Assembly: GCA_035506175.1 (NCBI GenBank)
Contig: DATJPZ010000103.1
Location: 16,579-80,578 of the forward strand
DNA length: 64,000 bases
DNA from: Thermoanaerobaculia bacterium
GTDB lineage: Bacteria > Acidobacteriota > Thermoanaerobaculia > UBA5066 > Gp7-AA6
Direction: 5' to 3'
Positions 42,956 through 49,718 of the stretch are shown piece by piece. Both the position numbers and the translations under genes were made by a program. Each line of letters starts with the position of its first letter. Position 1 is the first letter of the stretch. The notes beneath the pieces were generated by a model, which did not search any database, was not told where the DNA came from, and saw only the letters and a program-made list of their open reading frames with translations.

Positions 42956-44398
42956 ATGCGATCCCTGTCACGGTTCCTTCTGTCCCTGGTCCTCGCTCTC
43001 GCCGCCGCGGCGGCCGCGCACGCGCAGGCTCCCGCCGCGCCTTCGCCGGACCCGTCGACCCTGTCGCCCGAGGAACGCCTGAAGACGCTCGAACGGCTGC
43101 TCGCCGACACGCGGGCCGAGCTCGAGAAGCTCAAGGCCTCGTCCACGGCGGCCGACACCAACGCGAAGCTCGAGGAGCTCTCCCGCCGCATCGACATCCT
43201 GGCCAGGGAGATCGAGAGCCTCAAGATCGGCGAGGCCGCCCCCGAGATCGAGGCGGGCTCCAGGTCCGGCGAAAAGTCGGTCGAGAAGTACGGCATCGGT
43301 CCCGCCGCGGCCCGCGTCTACGGGATCAAGAAGGGTCTCTCGATCGGCGGCTACGGCGAAATCCTCTACAGCAACTACGCGTCGAAGGACCAGAGCGGCG
43401 CGCCTTCCAGCGGCGAGGACGTCATCACGGACCTGCGGGCGGTGCTGTATCTCGGCTACAAGTTCGACCAGCACTTCGTCCTGAACACGGAGATCGAATA
43501 CGAGAACGCGGTGGTGGCCTCCGACAAGGGCGGCGAGGCCGAGGTCGAGTTCGCGTACATCGACTACATGAACTCGCCGGCGTTCAACGTCCGCACCGGC
43601 CTTGTCCTGATCCCTTCGGGCCTCGTCAACCAGCTCCACGAGCCGACCGCGTTTCTGGGAGCACGCCGCCCGGACGTCGACGAAGTGATCATCCCGACGA
43701 CGTGGCGCGAGATCGGCACCGGCTTCTACGGCACGTACGGCCCGGTCTCGTACCAGTTCTACGGGGTCAACGGCCTGAACGCGGCCGGGTACACGGCGGA
43801 CGGCGGCATCCGAGAAGGGTCCGGCGAGGGCTCCGAGGCGCTCGCGAAGAGCTGGGCCTTCGCGGGCCGCGTCGACCTCACCGCGGTGCCGGGCCTGCTC
43901 GTCGGCGCCTCCGTCTTCTCCGGCGACGCGGGCCAGGGACAGTTCACGCCGTCGGGCGAGAAGATCAGCGCGCTCACGACCCTCGTCGAAGGGCACCTCG
44001 ACTGGCGCTGGCGCGGCCTGTGGCTGCGGGGCCTTTACGCGCACACGACGATCGACCAGGCCGAGCTCATCAACCAGCTGAACAACTTCGAAGGCGACGA
44101 ATCGGTCGGCAGCAGGCAGGAAGGCTGGTACGGCCAGCTCGGCTTCGACGTTCTCTCCCTGGTATCCGGTTCCCGGATGAACCTGATCCCGTTCGCGCGC
44201 TACGAGCAGTACGATACGCAGGCTCAGGTTCCCGTCGGTTACGAGCGAAATCCCGAAAACGACGTCCACGGCTGGACCCTCGGCGCCGTCTTCCAGCCGA
44301 TTCCGCAGCTGGTTCTCAAGGCCGATTGGCAGCAGCGTCACAACGCCGCGCAGACCGGAGTCAATCTTTGGAACGTCTCGCTCGGGTACGTTTTCTAG
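42956..44398 (+). CDS. Outer-membrane porin-like beta-barrel with N-terminal coiled coil
   Basis: GAGGAGGA upstream. Signal peptide. Coiled-coil LKTLERLLADTRAELEKLK.... C-terminal ...NLWNVSLGYVF. Confidence 0.7.
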   Translation: MRSLSRFLLSLVLALAAAAAAHAQAPAAPSPDPSTLSPEERLKTLERLLADTRAELEKLKASSTAADTNAKLEELSRRIDILAREIESLKIGEAAPEIEAGSRSGEKSVEKYGIGPAAARVYGIKKGLSIGGYGEILYSNYASKDQSGAPSSGEDVITDLRAVLYLGYKFDQHFVLNTEIEYENAVVASDKGGEAEVEFAYIDYMNSPAFNVRTGLVLIPSGLVNQLHEPTAFLGARRPDVDEVIIPTTWREIGTGFYGTYGPVSYQFYGVNGLNAAGYTADGGIREGSGEGSEALAKSWAFAGRVDLTAVPGLLVGASVFSGDAGQGQFTPSGEKISALTTLVEGHLDWRWRGLWLRGLYAHTTIDQAELINQLNNFEGDESVGSRQEGWYGQLGFDVLSLVSGSRMNLIPFARYEQYDTQAQVPVGYERNPENDVHGWTLGAVFQPIPQLVLKADWQQRHNAAQTGVNLWNVSLGYVF

Positions 44399-44403
44399 GG
44401 AGC

Positions 44404-44937
44404 GTGCGCTTCGTCGTCGCGGCGGTGGGCCTGCTCGCCGCGGCGGCCGCCGGCGCCAGGGTCTTCCTCACGCGGGAGGAAGCGCTGAGGCTCGCCTTCC
44501 CCGGCGCCGCCGTCGAGCGCCACACCGCGTACCTGACCGAGGCGCAGCAGAAGGCGGCGCAGAAGCTCTCGGGCGACGCCGAGCCACCTTCGGCGCTCGC
44601 GTCGTACGACACGGGGACGAAGGACGGCCGCCTCGTCGGTACGGCCTACTTCGATACGCACACCGTCCGGACGATGCCCGAGACGATCATGGTCGTCGTC
44701 GATCCCTCGGGCGCGATCGCCCGCATCGAAGTGCTCTCCTTCTCCGAGCCCGAGGAGTACCTGCCGAAGGCGCACTGGTACGAGCAGTTCCAGGGCAAGC
44801 CCCTCGACGACGAGCTCTCGATGAAGCGCGGCATCCGCGCCGTCACGGGAGCGACGCTGACGGCGCGCGCGACGACCGACGCCGCCCGGCGCGTCCTCGC
44901 CCTCCACAGGGTTCTCCAGGGAGACGCGAAGCCATGA
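44404..44937 (+). CDS. FMN-binding domain protein (NqrC/RnfG-like, membrane anchored)
   Basis: N-terminal anchor. ...IRAVTGATLTARAT contains the [ST]GAT flavinylation-type motif targeted by ApbE. Confidence 0.7.
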   Translation: MRFVVAAVGLLAAAAAGARVFLTREEALRLAFPGAAVERHTAYLTEAQQKAAQKLSGDAEPPSALASYDTGTKDGRLVGTAYFDTHTVRTMPETIMVVVDPSGAIARIEVLSFSEPEEYLPKAHWYEQFQGKPLDDELSMKRGIRAVTGATLTARATTDAARRVLALHRVLQGDAKP

Positions 44938-45371
44938 AGCGGTGGGAGGCCTGGTGGAATCACGCCGCGCTCGCGGCAATCTCGCTGACTGGCCTCGCTT
45001 ACGGCGTCTTCAAGTACTGGATCCCGAGCCCCGATCCGGACTCCCGGGCAGGACATCCCCTGCAGCCGGGCTTGATGAAGGCCCACCTGCTGGTGGCGCC
45101 CTTCGCGGTCCTCGGCATCGGGCTCCTGCTCCGCCGACATGCCCTGGCGCGCCTCGAGCGCGGCGAGCAGAGCGGCCGGCAAAGCGGCCTGACGATGTTG
45201 TGGATCTTCCTTCCCCTGGTGCTGACCGGCTACCTGCTCCAGGTCTTCGTCGCGCCGGGCGCCGTCCACGTCACCGGCTGGATCCACGCCGGCCTCGGCC
45301 TCGTCTTCGCCCTCGGCTACGTCTTCCACCCCAAGCGGAAGGCGGCGGCCAACGGCAACGGCGAGGACTGA
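44934..45371 (+). CDS. Four-TM His-containing membrane protein (possible b-type cytochrome-like, DUF4405-like)
   Basis: ATGA overlap with the FMN-binding gene. Four hydrophobic helices with His in or near the helices (KAHLLV, WIHAGL). Confidence 0.55.
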   Translation: MKRWEAWWNHAALAAISLTGLAYGVFKYWIPSPDPDSRAGHPLQPGLMKAHLLVAPFAVLGIGLLLRRHALARLERGEQSGRQSGLTMLWIFLPLVLTGYLLQVFVAPGAVHVTGWIHAGLGLVFALGYVFHPKRKAAANGNGED

Positions 45372-45387
45372 GTCTCCCGCCGCTCGC

Positions 45388-46557
45388 TCACTTCACGGCG
45401 AAGGCCTCCGGCCGCTGCTGGAAACGGTCGCGGCAGGCCGGGCTGCAGAAGTAGTAGATGCGGCCCGCATAGAGCTGTCTCAGGGGGTTCGCGTCGGCGA
45501 CGACGGCCATGCCGCAGACCGGATCGACGGCAGCCTCCGCTTTCGCGCCGCCGGGCGAGGCTCCCGCAGAAGGCGCCTCGGGCTTCATCGTTTCGATGTA
45601 GGCCGCCAGCTGCGTGACCTGCGCGTCCGTCAGTTGTCCGCGATAGGACGGCATCATGCGCGGATAGCCGGCGGCGATTTTTGCGTTCGGATCGAGGATC
45701 GACTCGCGCACGTAGGCATCGTCGAAGACGGCCGATCCGCCGCCCTCGAGGGCGACCCGGCCGCCCATGCGGCCTCCCAGGGCGGGCGCCACGCGCGCCT
45801 GGCTATGGCAGGCCGCGCAGCCGGCGGATACGAAGAGGACCCGGCCCGGCCGGCCCGTCTCGTCGGCCGCCTCGGGGACCGCCGGCTCTGAGGCGAGCCG
45901 GGGAATCTCGGCGCCCGGCGCTCCATCCAGGCTCAGGGCGTCCCGGACCAGCCGCTGCAGCGACTCGGTCTCTCCGCTGTCGTACACGCCGCGCACGCGC
46001 CCCTCCTGGTCGGTCAGGACGAAGAGCCCGGAGTGCTGTACCGAACCGTCCGGGTCCGGCGGTTTCACGAAGACCTTCATCCCCTTCGCCGTCGCCATCA
46101 GGCCGTCGGCGTCGGTGCGGAGAAGGCGCCAGCGCGAGCCGTCCACGGCCCAGAGGTCGGCGTATTGCCGCAGGATGGCCTGGGTGTCCCGGCCGGGGTC
46201 GACCGAGAACGACACGAATCGAACGCCCGGACGCGCGATGGTTCGGGCGAGCTCGCGCATCCGGGCCGTCATCATCGGGCAGATCGACGTGCAGCTGGTG
46301 AAGAAGAAGTCGGAGATCCAGACGTGCCCGCGCAGCTGGTCGCTGCCGAACGGGCGCCCGTCCTGGTCCGTGAAGGCGAAGGCCGGAGCGTCCCAGAGCA
46401 CCGGGAGCTCTCGAGGACCCGGCGGCTGCGGATTGTGCGCGGCCCGCTCGGCCTCGCCGAATCCGCTCTCCTGGCGATCCGATCGGACGATGACCACGAT
46501 GCAGACGGCGGCCAGCACGACGAGCCCGATACCGGCCGCGAGATGTTTCATGGGCAC
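45388..46557 (-). CDS. Sco1/SenC copper chaperone fused to a cytochrome c domain and a C-terminal YHS/TRASH-like domain
   Basis: TM anchor. Sco1 CTSIC (CxxxC) and ...HSGLFVL. CAACH haem site. C-terminal DPVCGMAV...YYFCSPACRDRF. Confidence 0.8.
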   Translation of the reverse strand: MPMKHLAAGIGLVVLAAVCIVVIVRSDRQESGFGEAERAAHNPQPPGPRELPVLWDAPAFAFTDQDGRPFGSDQLRGHVWISDFFFTSCTSICPMMTARMRELARTIARPGVRFVSFSVDPGRDTQAILRQYADLWAVDGSRWRLLRTDADGLMATAKGMKVFVKPPDPDGSVQHSGLFVLTDQEGRVRGVYDSGETESLQRLVRDALSLDGAPGAEIPRLASEPAVPEAADETGRPGRVLFVSAGCAACHSQARVAPALGGRMGGRVALEGGGSAVFDDAYVRESILDPNAKIAAGYPRMMPSYRGQLTDAQVTQLAAYIETMKPEAPSAGASPGGAKAEAAVDPVCGMAVVADANPLRQLYAGRIYYFCSPACRDRFQQRPEAFAVK

Positions 46558-46761
46558 GCGAAGCCCTCCATGAGCGGTCCTCCCCGGAGCAGCCGCTCAG
46601 AACACGTACGTCAGTCCGGCGCCGCAGGCGGGCTGGATGTCCTTGCATGCCGGTTCCAGGCCGAAACCAGAGTCGAACACGGCGGCGGCGAGCCGCCGCC
46701 GAGCGTGTCGGCAGTTCAAGACGAAGCCCCCTTCTCGAGTGATCGAAGGACGAGGACGCGA

Positions 46762-47127
46762 TCAGCCGAGGAGGGGGACCTTGTCGGGAATGAGGGCGGG
46801 AGGAAGCGGGAGCACGGAGTCCAGGACGAGCGCGTGACGCCCCGAGAGCGCGGGTAGAGTCAGCAGCAGGCCGGCGCACAGGAGCATCGGCAGCGCGGCC
46901 GGAAGCGGCACCGCGTCGCCGTCGTGGGCGCAGGACGAGAGAGTCGGCAGGGCGGCTCCGTGCCCCATCGGGCAGCAGGCGGCGCCCTTCTCGGCGGCCA
47001 TGCCGGCGCGCGCGCAGGCGAGCGCACACGTTGTCGCTGCCGTGTCGGCGGATGCGGCCGCGGCGAGCCTTGTCCCGAGCGCCGCCCCGAAGACGAGCAG
47101 CCCGAGAAGGGCAGCATTCCGACGCAT
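46762..47127 (-). CDS. Cys/Met/His-rich putative metal-binding membrane-anchored protein, paralog A (121 aa)
   Basis: Signal peptide. CALACARAGM, CCPMGHG, SSCAHDGDA and a C-terminal hydrophobic segment. Start at ATG 47127, chosen by alignment with paralog B. Confidence 0.6.
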   Translation of the reverse strand: MRRNAALLGLLVFGAALGTRLAAAASADTAATTCALACARAGMAAEKGAACCPMGHGAALPTLSSCAHDGDAVPLPAALPMLLCAGLLLTLPALSGRHALVLDSVLPLPPALIPDKVPLLG

Positions 47128-47181
47128 CGTGGCCATTCTATGGGTCAGGCCCAAGCGCCACGCCGGACGAGACGGAGCGGA

Positions 47182-47706
47182 TCACGGTGCGGTGCTCGAT
47201 TCCCGATGGCGTAGCAGCGGAGCGACGGTATCTTCCAGCTGCTGCATGGTGACGGGCGCGCCGGCCGCCAGTCGCGCGCGCACGATTCCCTCCCGGTCGA
47301 TCACGTAAGTCACCGGGAGCAGGCGCACCGCTCCGAAGCCGTTGCTCGACGCCTCGGCCGCGATCGCGACCGGATACGTCACCCCCTGCATGGACTTCTG
47401 GATGGCACCCCTCTCCCGAGGACGGTTGACGGAGAGTCCGACGATTTCCAGGCCGTTGTCGTGCTGGGCCCTGTAGAACTCCTCCAGGATCGGCGCTTCC
47501 TGACGGCACGGCTCGCACCAGGTCGCCCAGAAGTTGACGAGAACGACCTTGCCGAGCTGCTGCTTCAGGTCGAAGGTCTTGCCGTCGAGCTCGGACACCA
47601 CGAGCGCGGGAGCGGGCTGCCCCACTTCGATCGTGGCCGCCCCGAGCGGGGCGGCCACGACAGCTACAGCCAGAGCGAACCATCCCCGAGCAGCGTGCGT
47701 CTTCAT
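47182..47706 (-). CDS. TlpA-family thiol:disulfide oxidoreductase (thioredoxin fold)
   Basis: Signal peptide. VLVNFWATWCEPCRQE (CxxC). Confidence 0.85.
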   Translation of the reverse strand: MKTHAARGWFALAVAVVAAPLGAATIEVGQPAPALVVSELDGKTFDLKQQLGKVVLVNFWATWCEPCRQEAPILEEFYRAQHDNGLEIVGLSVNRPRERGAIQKSMQGVTYPVAIAAEASSNGFGAVRLLPVTYVIDREGIVRARLAAGAPVTMQQLEDTVAPLLRHRESSTAP

Positions 47707-47715
47707 CGCGGGCTC

Positions 47716-48666
47716 CTAGAAACTGTAGCCGATCGAGAACTTGTAGTACTCCTTGGACACGAGCTGGTTCCCGTTCATGTTCTGGTAGACCGGAAATCCA
47801 ACCTGCGCGAACACCTGGATGTCGGAATACGTGAATTGGATCGCCGGCGCGATGAGCACGCGCGTGAAACCCGTGTTGTCCGGGTCGGCTTCGTCCCCGG
47901 TGTCCCGCCAGCGCTGCGAGAAGAGGACCGTCAGAACCGGTGCGATCGACGACTTGCTCGAAAGCTGGCCGGCGTTGAAATAGACCCCGGCCGCGAGGTC
48001 GACTTCGTCGCCCGGGCGATACCCGTTGCGCCACGTGAGTGCGTTGTCCCACAAGACCTGAGCGAACCACGCCCAGCTGTTGTCCCTGGTCAGGCTCCCC
48101 TGGTGATAGCCGCCGACCAGCGAGTTGACGCTTCCCGTCCCGATTTGATTGTCCCGGTCGGGTCCGGGGTAGGTGTAGTCCCCGGTTGGGAGCTTGAGTC
48201 CGAACGTGACCCCGGTGCACATGTCTTCCGAGAAACCGGAATAGACACCGGTCAACCGGATGTCGCCGAGGCTGGTGTAGTGATAGGCGGCAAGTTCCCC
48301 GTCGTCGGCGGTCAGAAAATAGCGATTCCAGACCGGCACGTTGGCCAGCACGCCCCACTTCGTGTTGAACATGTACTGGAAGTTGGCATTGTAGAAGTTC
48401 GTCCGGATCTGCTTGTCGTCGTTGTCTTCGGCGGGGGCCTTGGAAGTGCCGCTCCAATTCTGGTTCTGGTTCATGTAGTCGTACTCGAAGGAAGCGAACC
48501 CTCCGACCTGGATCGGACGCATGAGCCCCGATCCGACTTCGAACACGCCGCACCCGCAGGCGCAGGCCTTCGCCCGATCCGGGAAGGCGATGAAGGCTAC
48601 GAGACCGAGGATCATTCCGACGCAAACGGCGACACGGCGCCGCCCGAAACGCGATGGACTCTTCAA
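47716..48666 (-). CDS. Outer-membrane beta-barrel protein with N-terminal CACGCG cysteine motif
   Basis: Signal/TM, then AKACACGCGVFEVG. Tyr/Asn/Gly-rich strands. C-terminal ...KFSIGYSF. Confidence 0.7.
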   Translation of the reverse strand: MKSPSRFGRRRVAVCVGMILGLVAFIAFPDRAKACACGCGVFEVGSGLMRPIQVGGFASFEYDYMNQNQNWSGTSKAPAEDNDDKQIRTNFYNANFQYMFNTKWGVLANVPVWNRYFLTADDGELAAYHYTSLGDIRLTGVYSGFSEDMCTGVTFGLKLPTGDYTYPGPDRDNQIGTGSVNSLVGGYHQGSLTRDNSWAWFAQVLWDNALTWRNGYRPGDEVDLAAGVYFNAGQLSSKSSIAPVLTVLFSQRWRDTGDEADPDNTGFTRVLIAPAIQFTYSDIQVFAQVGFPVYQNMNGNQLVSKEYYKFSIGYSF

Positions 48667-48704
48667 GATGCGCTCCTTTCTCTTTGCCGACCGGAGTGAC
48701 CGAG

Positions 48705-49070
48705 TCAGCAGGGTCGGAGCGGCACCTTGTCGAGCAGCCGGGAGGGAGGGAACAGGATCGCGAGAGGCGCGCCGGACGGGCGGCGGCGCGTGAGAGACGG
48801 CAGCGGAAGCACCAGTGCCGCGAGCAGGAGCATCGGCCCGATCGCGGCGGGAACCGGCGCGGCGTCACCGTCCCGGGCGCACGAGGAGAACGACGGGCCG
48901 CCGCCGTGCCCCATCGGGCAGCAGGAGGCACCCGGCCCGACTCCCATGCCGGCGCGGGCACAGGCTAGCGCGCACCGCGCGGTCGGCGAGTCGCCGGCGG
49001 AAACCGCCAAACCCGCCGCGAGCGGCGCGACGAAGGCGATCAGGGCGAGCAGACCGGCTTTTCGGCGCAT
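48705..49070 (-). CDS. Cys/Met/His-rich putative metal-binding membrane-anchored protein, paralog B (121 aa)
   Basis: ATG 49070 (MRRKAGLLALIAF...). Same CALACARAGM / CCPMGHG / SSCARDGDA / DKVPL blocks as paralog A. Confidence 0.6.
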   Translation of the reverse strand: MRRKAGLLALIAFVAPLAAGLAVSAGDSPTARCALACARAGMGVGPGASCCPMGHGGGPSFSSCARDGDAAPVPAAIGPMLLLAALVLPLPSLTRRRPSGAPLAILFPPSRLLDKVPLRPC

Positions 49071-49086
49071 TCGGATCGATTCTACC

Positions 49087-49140
49087 GGGGTCAGGTCTCT
49101 CAAAGAGCGTTCTTGAATCACCGTTGAGAGACCTGACCCC
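49087..49140. repeat. Perfect 17-bp inverted repeat (hairpin) with 20-nt loop
   Basis: GGGGTCAGGTCTCTCAA (49087-49103) and TTGAGAGACCTGACCCC (49124-49140). It lies between the adenosyltransferase stop and the start of paralog B. No flanking U-tract on either strand. Confidence 0.85.
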
Positions 49141-49144
49141 GAGG

Positions 49145-49708
49145 TTAGGCCCGGCTGTCCCACAGGATGTCGCGGACTCCGCGACTCCGGTTCTCGTGGC
49201 GCGCCATGACGAAGAGCGCGTCGGAGAGGCGGTTCAAGTACCGCACCGTCCAGGCGCCGACGGCCTCCTTCCGCGACAACGCGACGACGAGCCGCTCGGC
49301 GCGCCGGCACACCGTCCGCGCGACATGGAGCTGCGCCGCGCCGGGCGACCCGCCGGGGAGGATGAAATTCTCCAGCGGCGCGAGCTTTTCGGAGAGCCGG
49401 TCCATGAGCTTCTCGAGCGCCACGACGTGGCGCTCCTCGATCCGCGGCACCGGCCTCTTCGCCTTGTCCTCTTCCGGCATGCAGAGGTCCGAGCCGAGGT
49501 GAAAGAGCTCGTTCTGGATCGTCGCGAGAGGCCCCGCGAGCGCCTCGCTCAACCCCGACGCGAGCGCGACGCCGACGACGCTGTTCAGCTCGTCGACCGT
49601 GCCGTAGGCCTCGATGCGGAGCGCGTCCTTGCCGACGCGCTGGCCGCCGCCGAGGCCCGTCGTCCCGTCGTCGCCCGTGCGCGTGTAGACCTTCGTGATG
49701 CGCGGCAT
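49145..49708 (-). CDS. PduO-type ATP:cob(I)alamin adenosyltransferase
   Basis: [14 protein letters not shown]...[13 protein letters not shown]...NFILPGGS...[12 protein letters not shown]. Confidence 0.9.
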   Translation of the reverse strand: MPRITKVYTRTGDDGTTGLGGGQRVGKDALRIEAYGTVDELNSVVGVALASGLSEALAGPLATIQNELFHLGSDLCMPEEDKAKRPVPRIEERHVVALEKLMDRLSEKLAPLENFILPGGSPGAAQLHVARTVCRRAERLVVALSRKEAVGAWTVRYLNRLSDALFVMARHENRSRGVRDILWDSRA

Positions 49709-49718
49709 GCTCTTCCGG

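Noticed and set aside
46597-46719. 40-aa Cys-containing mini-ORF considered as a RiPP or bacteriocin precursor
   Set aside because: No maturase, transporter or leader-core organisation is nearby. Its N- and C-terminal blocks resemble the ends of the adjacent OM barrel, so a deletion remnant is the more economical reading (reported as such with low confidence).
49071-49310. 80-codon N-terminal extension of Cys-rich paralog B in the ORF track
   Set aside because: The extension would read through the 17-bp hairpin and into the adenosyltransferase gene. Paralog A aligns from MRR..., giving equal 121-codon lengths.
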